Shown here: positions 1 to 7,229 of the stretch, piece by piece
How the letters are laid out: every line of letters begins with the position of its first letter
How positions within the stretch are numbered: position 1 is the stretch's first letter
Virus record (IMG/VR): IMGVR_UViG_3300020043_003593
Span: 1 to 37,719 of that record
Length of the DNA stretch: 37,719 nucleotides
Reading direction: 5' to 3' (one strand)
Source: a virus
Lineage: Duplodnaviria; Caudoviricetes
The notes under the pieces: generated by a model
Seen by the model: only the letters and a program-made list of their open reading frames with translations
Database searches by the model: none
Told to the model about the DNA's origin: nothing
Position numbers and translations under genes: made by a program

Positions 1-1
1 T

Positions 2-112
2 TGTGAAGATGATGAGGATAAATTACAGGCGGTAAAAGATCATTTAAACGATGAGGGATACGGCTATTGTGGCGTAACCGATGAAAATAATATTGTTTAT
101 CGCACTTTTTAA
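2..112 (+). CDS. 3' end of an acidic hypothetical early protein (partial)
   Basis: Open frame from the window edge, CEDDEDKLQAVKDHLNDEGYGYCGVTDENNIVYRTF, stop TAA at 110-112. Confidence 0.6.
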   Translation, partial: CEDDEDKLQAVKDHLNDEGYGYCGVTDENNIVYRTF

Positions 113-121
113 GGGGGTTAC

Positions 122-220
122 ATGATGAAATTATTAACGGCTTTTATCTCATTCGGCTTATTTTGCTGCCTAGGCATTGTATTGGGCTATATGTTTGCCG
201 TTGCGCTTACAGGGTTTTAA
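122..220 (+). CDS. 32-aa hydrophobic small membrane protein
   Basis: MMKLLTAFISFGLFCCLGIVLGYMFAVALTGF, preceded by AAGGGGG; one TM-length stretch; below the ORF-track cutoff. Confidence 0.55.
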   Translation: MMKLLTAFISFGLFCCLGIVLGYMFAVALTGF

Positions 221-222
221 AT

Positions 223-315
223 ATGGGCAATTGGTCAGTTGTTGCCGTCATTTTTGCGCTTTCAGTCACTACTCAAGTGGTATTACATTTTATAAATAAA
301 GGGTTTTTACAATGA
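223..315 (+). CDS. possible 30-aa membrane peptide
   Basis: MGNWSVVAVIFALSVTTQVVLHFINKGFLQ; its stop overlaps the next ATG (ATGA); weak RBS. Confidence 0.3.
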   Translation: MGNWSVVAVIFALSVTTQVVLHFINKGFLQ

Positions 316-1049
316 ATAAGATCAATTTTTACTTAGAATCACGCCTTGCCAATGTCAAAAAATTGGCGGATCAATGGGCTAAACACAATCCAGAAGGCGC
401 ATATAAGAGCGCATTAAACCATCAGGTCAAATATAAGCGCAAGGGATGGATTAAATACGATACGGCAAACCATTACCATGAAGGTAATCTATGCTTAGAA
501 TCATTAGATGGTTATGATTTTGTAGGGATTCAGGAAATAAGCCGAAGATCATTCGATTATTCGGGATACTATGCCGACAATTTCCAAGATAGTTTGATTA
601 AGCCGTATATCGTTAAGATTAAAACAAGCAAGGGGCTATTCGTTTGCCCTGCTATTTCATACGATAATTGCGACATTGCCACAATCTATTTATCCCAAGG
701 CGAATTTTGCAACAATGACCAAGAGTCCATAAGTTATGATGCTTGCGTATTTCAAATAGCCAGAATTGCCGATTCTATAGCGGATAGAGAAGCCGAAAAA
801 AGCCGAGAAGATGATGCAAAATTTCAAGCCGAGAATCAAGCCGAAAATCTAAAAGAGGAAAACTTACAGGCTAGAAAAGAAGCCCATATTCTTATTCAAG
901 CAATTAAAGCGCAGCGCAAAATAGGCGAGATTGTAACCCCTATATGCAATGCTTTAATAAGTGAAATTAAGGGATTAAGGCGAGAAATTCAGCGCAACAA
1001 TTCGCGCATTGCCAAGTTAAAAGATGATTATTGGCAAGCCGTTATTTAA
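312..1049 (+). CDS. hypothetical early protein with C-terminal coiled coil
   Basis: 245-aa ORF, AAAGGG RBS; no family recognised. Confidence 0.8.
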   Translation: MNKINFYLESRLANVKKLADQWAKHNPEGAYKSALNHQVKYKRKGWIKYDTANHYHEGNLCLESLDGYDFVGIQEISRRSFDYSGYYADNFQDSLIKPYIVKIKTSKGLFVCPAISYDNCDIATIYLSQGEFCNNDQESISYDACVFQIARIADSIADREAEKSREDDAKFQAENQAENLKEENLQARKEAHILIQAIKAQRKIGEIVTPICNALISEIKGLRREIQRNNSRIAKLKDDYWQAVI

Positions 1050-1051
1050 TT

Positions 1052-1099
1052 AAATTAACAGTTTAAGGGGGCTATTTAGCCCCTTTAGGCGGTTAATTT
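1052..1099 (+). other. ~22-bp intergenic RNA stem (possible RNase III processing site)
   Basis: AAATTAACAGTTTAAGGGGGCT-attt-AGCCCCTTTAGGCGGTTAATTT; one mismatch; G-U pairs favour the + strand. Confidence 0.55.
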
Positions 1100-1129
1100 T
1101 GACCGATAACAGAATGAAAGGTTTACACA

Positions 1130-1285
1130 ATGAATTTTCTTAAATTCTTGGCAACACTTAAACACGATAACGGCATTGTCAAATTAGTGGTGACGGCAGG
1201 CAGCATAGAGCAAGCAATACAGTCACTTTGCAGGCGTGAATTATGCCCTTCTCGCTCCATCATCTCAATTAAACAGATTAAATAA
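1130..1285 (+). CDS. 51-aa hypothetical early protein
   Basis: MNFLKFLATLKHDNGIVKLVVTAGSIEQAIQSLCRRELCPSRSIISIKQIK, GAAAGG RBS; not in the track. Confidence 0.7.
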   Translation: MNFLKFLATLKHDNGIVKLVVTAGSIEQAIQSLCRRELCPSRSIISIKQIK

Positions 1286-1295
1286 AGGGTTTACC

Positions 1296-1634
1296 ATGAA
1301 AAATTTTCAATATAAAGGTTATGACGTATTTTTTGAGATTCAGCACAACGGATCTATTCTTGCCACTTGGTCAAACCAATGGGGGGAAAATAGGGATAAG
1401 GCGGTATTTTATGACTATACGCCAAGGGAAATTCTACAAAATATCAAGATTACAATTGATGATTCGCTAGAAAAACCCGTTACTTATCATCGTAACCCTA
1501 CACAATCGGAAATTCGTTATGGTTATGGCGCAACCCATTACAAGGATTTTATCTTGGGGGATGTTATAAAGCATTGTGGCAGCCTGAAAAAATGGATTGT
1601 TTGCCCGAATGACGGCTTGCGTTACTATCGCTAA
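1296..1634 (+). CDS. hypothetical early protein (112 aa)
   Basis: The track ORF starts at 1236, but ATG 1296 has the AAAGGG RBS used by the neighbouring genes. Confidence 0.75.
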   Translation: MKNFQYKGYDVFFEIQHNGSILATWSNQWGENRDKAVFYDYTPREILQNIKITIDDSLEKPVTYHRNPTQSEIRYGYGATHYKDFILGDVIKHCGSLKKWIVCPNDGLRYYR

Positions 1635-1636
1635 AT

Positions 1637-1664
1637 AACCCCCTATTGGGGGTTTTTGCTTTTT
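1637..1664 (+). terminator. intrinsic terminator of the early cluster
   Basis: AACCCCC-tatt-GGGGGTT followed by TTTGCTTTTT. Confidence 0.75.
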
Positions 1665-1986
1665 ATTAGTGGATAAACACTAAGGGATTTTTTCGCCTTA
1701 CTGTTTATTCATTGGATAAGTATTGCCTATTTTTTAGGCATACTCAACCTATGCTTTTTTTGCCTATATTCCTATCTCAAGGGTTAGGCATTGCACCTAT
1801 GATTTTTAGATATAAGCATTAAAACGGCTTGTATTGCTCTTTTACAATTTGATAGTGTTACTTATATCCGTTGATTTTTAACGTCATATAGGCGGTTTTA
1901 CGGCTTAGGGTTTTCTTGCTTGCTTGCGCCTATGCAAAATGCGCCAAAAATCTATCCGTTTTATATAAAAATCCGCCTAGAAATAT

Positions 1987-2037
1987 TAATTGAGAATGAT
2001 TATCGTTTTTATTTGCTAATTGAGAATTATTCTCAAC
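1987..2037. promoter_or_regulatory. two Fur-box-like sites 30 bp apart
   Basis: TAATTGAGAATGATTATCG and TAATTGAGAATTATTCTCAA; the second is a perfect 8-1-8 palindrome resembling the Fur 7-1-7 motif TGATAAT-N-ATTATCA. Confidence 0.5.
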
Positions 2038-2058
2038 AAAACCTCAAAAATACCCCCG

Positions 2059-2160
2059 ATCAGGGAAATCTTTAAAAAAAAATTTTGGCTGGTAAAAAAA
2101 GTTTCATAGTCAGGAAAATGTACCTATCAGGGAAATCTTTGAAAAAAATTTACGGCTGTT
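2059..2160. repeat. imperfect ~35-bp direct repeat
   Basis: ATCAGGGAAATCTTT at 2059 and 2126, each followed by an A-tract, a T-tract and GGCTG. Confidence 0.8.
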
Positions 2161-2163
2161 AAT

Positions 2164-2505
2164 TTATTTAAGCTCTACAGTGATATATCCACCAATTTGT
2201 TCTGGTCGCAGGATATGAATCTCATCAAAGCATCTGTCGTTTATATCCAACGCTAGGCACATCCCATCCAATCCATTCTTTACGCTGGCTAGTAGATTAT
2301 CAGTGTCCCTCCAACGCTTATCTGGCATAACGAATGTAATATGCATCTCGTTATAGTCTTTAGTGTTCTTCTGGCTAATTAAAGCATCTATGGTCTGTAA
2401 TCTACAGATCTCTTTATACATTGCCTTGTACTTAGCTTTCTTCATGTAATGCACTGTGGCATTAGGGCTGAGTTCTTTAGGAAACCAAGGGAATGTAATT
2501 TTCAT
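2164..2505 (-). CDS. rusA: RusA-like Holliday junction resolvase
   Basis: SPN near the N-terminus and the motif PDKRWRDTDNLLASVKNGLDG...IND. Confidence 0.8.
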   Translation of the reverse strand: MKITFPWFPKELSPNATVHYMKKAKYKAMYKEICRLQTIDALISQKNTKDYNEMHITFVMPDKRWRDTDNLLASVKNGLDGMCLALDINDRCFDEIHILRPEQIGGYITVELK

Positions 2506-2519
2506 GTGTAGATCCTGTT

Positions 2520-2927
2520 GTTTTACATAATATTATTATTACGCATAGCTTCGCCAAGGGTGAAATGAAGTGTATTCATCTTACCTGATCCATTATTACA
2601 GTACAGTAATAACCAATCCTACCTGAGTTAATGTTCACTCTACTGGAATGTTGTATATCACCCATGTTCATTCCGTATTATCCAGTCCCCATTTAAGGCT
2701 GGTAGGCATGAAGTCGGGTTAGGAATCAGCCTGTGTATTCTTTCTCGCAGCCCATTCAGGCTCTTGCTATCGTGAGAAGTACGGCTGAAAAAGAAAAAGA
2801 CCACTTAAAACTGTTTTCCTAAGGTGTAACACAATGTAAATGTTCTAGGTAACGCTTACATTGTGCGGAAAACAGATCTAAATGGTCTATCGCACTCCTA
2901 GAAACTACACCGATTCCTCAATCAGCC
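2520..2927 (-). ncRNA. putative large structured non-coding RNA upstream of rusA
   Basis: ORF-free ~420 nt with at least 7 stems, wobble pairs favouring the - strand, and an extended -10 immediately upstream. Confidence 0.55.
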
Positions 2928-2932
2928 CTGCC

Positions 2933-2960
2933 AGTATAACAAATATTTTTCAAAAACAAC
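2933..2960 (-). promoter_or_regulatory. extended -10 sigma70-type promoter
   Basis: The - strand reads TG-T-TATACT (2941-2933) in AT-rich context; the -35 is poor. Confidence 0.55.
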
Positions 2961-3015
2961 CACTTTGTAATAAAAATCATACATAATTAGCGAAATCAAT
3001 AAGTTAGGAACACGA

Positions 3016-3990
3016 ATGAATCAATCGGATGCGTTGGATAAACAGTTTATTGAATGTTGGAAGCGTTTAGGATCTCCAACTCTGGTAGGAAAAGAGTTAG
3101 GAATGAATCCTCGTAGCGCATTAAATCGTAGAGCAAGCCTTCAGATTCGTTATGGAATTGAACTTCCTACACACAACTCTCAAAGAGATCCAGCAAAATT
3201 AAAGAAAATTGAGCAGACACCACACAATGTCCGTAGAGGAATTGATGCAGATAAAGTTAAGCGAGTAATTGTATTTTCTGATGCACACTTTACAGATACA
3301 ACAACAACTGCCTTCAAAGCATTGTTGCTAATGATTGATACGTTTAAGCCAGAAGTAATTATCTGTAATGGTGATGCGTTTGATGGTCAAGTTCTTAGCC
3401 GATTCCCATCTATTAATTACGATCAGAAGCCTACAGTCCTAGAAGAACTTAATTCTTGTCGCTGGCATTTAGATGAGATTGCTAAACATAAGCCAGCAGG
3501 ATGCGAATTGATCTGGACTCTTGGCAATCACGATATGCGTTACGAATCTTGGTTAGTCAATAAAGTTCCAGAGTATTCAGGCGTAGATGGCTTTAGTCTT
3601 AAATACCATTTTCCTGAATGGAAAACTTGCTGGAGCTACTGGATTGGCGAGGAAACCATTGTTAAGCATCGCTATAAAGGTGGTCGTACTGCTGGATATT
3701 CAAACTTAGTTGCAGCAGGAAACACTAACATCATTACTGGTCATACCCATGTGTTATGTGCTTCACCTATCAGCAACTATCAAGGTACATTCTGGGGCGT
3801 TCAAACTGGCTGTCTAGCAGATCCCATGAGTGCCACCTTTGAATACTGTGAGGATAGCCCTAAAGACTGGCGTAGTGGCTTTGTAATGCTCTCATTTGAT
3901 AAAGGTCGTATGTTGATGCCAGAACTGATTATGGTCAGCGATGAGCAAAATGGTGAGTTTGAATTTAGAGGATGTATCAATAAGGTATGA
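3016..3990 (+). CDS. calcineurin-like metallophosphoesterase with N-terminal HTH-like region
   Basis: Motifs SDAH, GDAFD, GNHD, GHTH. Confidence 0.88.
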   Translation: MNQSDALDKQFIECWKRLGSPTLVGKELGMNPRSALNRRASLQIRYGIELPTHNSQRDPAKLKKIEQTPHNVRRGIDADKVKRVIVFSDAHFTDTTTTAFKALLLMIDTFKPEVIICNGDAFDGQVLSRFPSINYDQKPTVLEELNSCRWHLDEIAKHKPAGCELIWTLGNHDMRYESWLVNKVPEYSGVDGFSLKYHFPEWKTCWSYWIGEETIVKHRYKGGRTAGYSNLVAAGNTNIITGHTHVLCASPISNYQGTFWGVQTGCLADPMSATFEYCEDSPKDWRSGFVMLSFDKGRMLMPELIMVSDEQNGEFEFRGCINKV

Positions 3991-4340
3991 AACTCAACTC
4001 AGATGTAGTGCGTAATCTATACGCTTCTTTGTATTGCTGTTATCCATTTACAAAATGGAATATGCCATTGCCAGAAGAAATAGATTTTGTAGTTACATCT
4101 GATCCTGAACTTATGGGTACTTATCTTTACGATACTGGTGAAGATCACGAACATACAATCACTATATCGTCAGGCAGATGTGGTCATTACTACACTGTAA
4201 TTACCACACTAGCGCATGAGATGGTACACATGAGCTTTCATAGGCAAAAAGGTGATAAGTGGATGCTGCATGGAAAACCATTTAGAACTAGATGCAAAAT
4301 GGTCGCTACTGAACTAGGGCTAGATCCGCTAGAGTTATAG
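3987..4340 (+). CDS. SprT-like zinc metallopeptidase
   Basis: TLAHEMVH followed by HGKPF; ATGA-coupled to the upstream gene. Confidence 0.75.
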   Translation: MKLNSDVVRNLYASLYCCYPFTKWNMPLPEEIDFVVTSDPELMGTYLYDTGEDHEHTITISSGRCGHYYTVITTLAHEMVHMSFHRQKGDKWMLHGKPFRTRCKMVATELGLDPLEL

Positions 4341-4562
4341 CCAAACAGATAGTTTGTTGTTTAAATACAACACAATTCCAGAGAAGTAAACTGCTACTGC
4401 AACAATCTCTACAGTAAATAAAGCCATGTCATCTTCTGCATAGCCTGAGTAAGCCCATAGTGCAGAGCCAATCATGCCTATAAATATATTTATCGGATAG
4501 ATATTGATGCTTGTGAGTACGATTCCTAACAAGCAAAGAATTGTGCCAGACCATTTAATCAT
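4335..4562 (-). CDS. small multi-TM membrane protein
   Basis: 75 aa with about three hydrophobic helices; ATGA-coupled. Confidence 0.75.
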   Translation of the reverse strand: MIKWSGTILCLLGIVLTSINIYPINIFIGMIGSALWAYSGYAEDDMALFTVEIVAVAVYFSGIVLYLNNKLSVWL

Positions 4563-4762
4563 TTTGTTCTCTTAGCGATTTCTCGCTCGATATACCATTT
4601 TGCTTTCTTGAGATCCTCAACTGCATCTAGCTTGAGATCACAACGCCAAATGTATTTGAGCGCATTGCCAAGATTAAATCCCATGTGTTCTGTGATCTGG
4701 ATACATTCAATTCCAGATGGATGGTCTGTGTAATGTTTTGGATGATTTACTGGATCATTCAT
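4559..4762 (-). CDS. DUF3310 (SaV-like) protein
   Basis: DPVNHPKHYT..IECI..GNALKYIWR..EDLKKAKWYI signature. Confidence 0.88.
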   Translation of the reverse strand: MNDPVNHPKHYTDHPSGIECIQITEHMGFNLGNALKYIWRCDLKLDAVEDLKKAKWYIEREIAKRTK

Positions 4763-4896
4763 TTTTTAGTTCCTACAATTCCGTTCATTAGACCAGCAAA
4801 TATGGCAACTATTGGCAAGCTGGCATTGATGCAAAGAATCCATAACAAATATGTTAATGGCTCTGCAATGTTAAATAAAAATGTTTCTATACTCAT
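4759..4896 (-). CDS. 45-aa hydrophobic protein
   Basis: MSIETFLFNIAEPLTYLLWILCINASLPIVAIFAGLMNGIVGTKK, AAGGAG RBS, ATGA overlap with DUF3310; not in the track. Confidence 0.7.
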   Translation of the reverse strand: MSIETFLFNIAEPLTYLLWILCINASLPIVAIFAGLMNGIVGTKK

Positions 4897-4915
4897 AAAG
4901 CTCCTTAGTTAATGT

Positions 4916-5060
4916 GGTGGGATAGTAGATTATCAGCCCACCTCTGATTACGAAAGGTGCTAATAGCCTGAACAACCCTGCTGATGCGACTATTAGCTCT
5001 GCTGATTATTTGCCATCTACAAGGGATTATCTAATCACCAGTCTTTACTAGCATCAGCGA
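4916..5060 (-). ncRNA. C4-antisense-like cloverleaf RNA with upstream complementary boxes
   Basis: Three-way junction whose loops GCATCAGC and TAATCA are complementary to upstream GCTGATGC and TGATTA. Confidence 0.5.
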
Positions 5061-5130
5061 AGTAAGCGTTGTTTTTTGCGTTCTGCAATCTCATGTTGCA
5101 GCATAAAATAAAATTTAGATTTGATAGTCA

Positions 5131-5427
5131 TTAAGATCCCCTTGTTATAACAATGTAACCACGTTCAAAAAGTTCCGCAATCGTTTTACGATGAGCGTTT
5201 TCCCACATCTCAACCCTTTCGGATTTGTCGAGTTTCGTGCCTTGGTCGAGTTCCGCATGGCAGCTAAAACACAAGGTCGCAATCCGATAATCATGGGCTT
5301 TAAGTCCTCTACCCTTGCCATCTCTAAGCTGATTGGAATGTGCTGCAACTGTTGTTCCATTTTGTATTCCACAATGTTGGCAAGGTAGGCATCTGCATAC
5401 CTCTAAAAGTAATTTATTTCTGTACAT
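5131..5427 (-). CDS. DUF1364/YbcO-like zinc-finger HNH-type nuclease
   Basis: PCQHCG...VAAHSN...GRGLKAHD...LCFSCHAELD. Confidence 0.75.
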   Translation of the reverse strand: MYRNKLLLEVCRCLPCQHCGIQNGTTVAAHSNQLRDGKGRGLKAHDYRIATLCFSCHAELDQGTKLDKSERVEMWENAHRKTIAELFERGYIVITRGS

Positions 5428-5459
5428 GATGCAATGGTATATGAACTTTTAATCATTCC

Positions 5460-5521
5460 ATTTCACGATGTGAGAAAGTTGCAAATAATTGTTTACAACT
5501 CGATTGTTGGTTTAGTAACCT
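5460..5521 (+). promoter_or_regulatory. sigma70-type promoter with conserved upstream operator (copy 1)
   Basis: TTTACA-18-TAACCT; 34/38 identical to 10296-10333. Confidence 0.65.
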
Positions 5522-5550
5522 GATTCCTCACTAACAAGAAGGAAGCAAAT

Positions 5551-5772
5551 GTGCTAACAGAACTACAAAAAGCAAGTTTACGGAAAGTGGCTAGATCGCC
5601 ATACCATCCTGATCTTGGCAAAGAGAATCCTAAGTTGGAAGATGCGATTACACAACTAAAAATTGAGAGTCCAGAATCTTTCCTGTATGAAGCAGATTTA
5701 CCAGAAAGAAGATTCTTCCATAAACCAGTATCAGTAATACCATTTTTAACAGCAGAGAAAGATAGACTATGA
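5551..5772 (+). CDS. hypothetical protein
   Basis: GTG start with AAGGAAG RBS; coupled to ssb. Confidence 0.7.
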   Translation: MLTELQKASLRKVARSPYHPDLGKENPKLEDAITQLKIESPESFLYEADLPERRFFHKPVSVIPFLTAEKDRL

Positions 5773-6140
5773 GTAACGATTTAAACCAGTGTTCATTTAT
5801 TGGCAGATTAGGCAAAGAAGTAGAGTTGCGCCCAATTGGTGATTCATCAGTAGCAAACTTCACCATTGCTTGTGGCTGGAAGTCAAAAGATAAAGAAGGT
5901 GTTGAGTGGATCAATGTTTCAGCGTTCGGCAAGCTGGCTGATATTTGCGCTCAGTATCTTGTTAAAGGATCTCAGGTATATGTTCAGGGCAAGATGAAAA
6001 CTGATAAATATACTAAGGATGGAGTAGAGCGTTACTCAACAAAGATTGTTGCAGATAATGTACAGTTTTTGAGCAAAGCAACTACTCAAGCAGAAGCACC
6101 ACAAGCAGCACCAGAAGAAGATCCAACAATCCCATTTTAA
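5769..6140 (+). CDS. ssb: single-stranded DNA-binding protein
   Basis: LNQCSFIGRLGKEVELR, YLVKGSQVYVQGKMKT, acidic tail ending IPF. Confidence 0.95.
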   Translation: MSNDLNQCSFIGRLGKEVELRPIGDSSVANFTIACGWKSKDKEGVEWINVSAFGKLADICAQYLVKGSQVYVQGKMKTDKYTKDGVERYSTKIVADNVQFLSKATTQAEAPQAAPEEDPTIPF

Positions 6141-6149
6141 GGAATCATT

Positions 6150-6278
6150 ATGAAAAAGGTACTTTTAGCATTAGTATTATCTGGCGTATTTACACTTGCA
6201 GTCGCTCAAATGGCAAATTGCTGGCAACAGTATGTTTGCGGTGGTGGTGGCTGCCAATGGGTAACTATCTGCCGTTAA
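6150..6278 (+). CDS. secreted 4-Cys peptide (42-aa precursor)
   Basis: MKKVLLALVLSGVFTLAVA|QMANCWQQYVCGGGGCQWVTICR, AAGGAA RBS; not in the track. Confidence 0.75.
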   Translation: MKKVLLALVLSGVFTLAVAQMANCWQQYVCGGGGCQWVTICR

Positions 6279-6383
6279 AGTCTTTGGGTAGTATTAAGAC
6301 GATGGTAACAAGGCAAGTACTCGCAGACGAACGCCCTTGGCAAGTGTACTTACTACCCACCCCAATTTATTAGAAAGAAAAGA

Positions 6384-7229
6384 ATGAATTTACATTCACT
6401 GTGTACTATTTTCCCAAAATTAGATCAAAGTGCATTTGAAGCACTAAGAAATGATATTCAGAATAATGGATTGCGTAATCCAATCATCGTTAAGAATGGC
6501 GAGATTTTAGATGGTCAGAACCGATTACAAGCCTGTAAAGATTTAGGCATTACACCAAAGTATCAAGAATATGAAGGTGACGATCTTGTAGAGTTTGTAT
6601 TAGCTCAGAACTTACATCGTAGGCATCTTACTGCTGGTCAATCGGCAACTATCGTGTCTTTAGCACAAGATTGGTCGATGGCACACCCAATTGGCAAGAA
6701 CCCCAAATCCAATAAAAACAATGACTTAGAGCATAATTCTAAAGTGGCAAAATTGCCAATTAAGGGTAAACCCTTAGATACACAAAATGATCGTGCAGAG
6801 AAATCTGGTGCATCTAAGCGTACTCAAGGATCTGCTGATAAGTTGGTTAAGGAAAACCCTGAGTTAGCCATGAAAGTTGCTACAGGAGAGATTACGCTGA
6901 ATAAGGCTATGGCTGAGATTGAGCCACCTAAAGAGCAATCTGTAGAAGATTCATTTGATGTAGTTCATGCTTATGAGCAAGAAGTTGCAGAAAACCAACG
7001 CTTACATGGCGTTATAGAAGCCCTTACAGCCGATGATAAGGATAAATCAATCATCTCTATGTCTGAGCGTGTTAAAGGGCTAGAAGGTCGGTTAAATCAA
7101 GCCCTAGCTACTGAAGCTGAAGCAATTAAGCAATCAAAGTTCTATGCCAAGATGCTTACCAGTATTCGTAAGTTACTAGGTGTAGAAAACAACAATGACA
7201 TTCTGATCCGTATAAAGGCTATGAAATGA
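6384..7229 (+). CDS. ParB/Srx N-terminal-domain protein with HTH-like and coiled-coil regions
   Basis: ALRNDIQNNGLRNPI...ILDGQNRLQAC...NLHRRHLT. Confidence 0.8.
   Translation: MNLHSLCTIFPKLDQSAFEALRNDIQNNGLRNPIIVKNGEILDGQNRLQACKDLGITPKYQEYEGDDLVEFVLAQNLHRRHLTAGQSATIVSLAQDWSMAHPIGKNPKSNKNNDLEHNSKVAKLPIKGKPLDTQNDRAEKSGASKRTQGSADKLVKENPELAMKVATGEITLNKAMAEIEPPKEQSVEDSFDVVHAYEQEVAENQRLHGVIEALTADDKDKSIISMSERVKGLEGRLNQALATEAEAIKQSKFYAKMLTSIRKLLGVENNNDILIRIKAMK

Noticed and set aside
6285-6364. tRNA gene
   Set aside because: No GTTC T-arm or canonical D/anticodon arms; kept only as an unclassified stem
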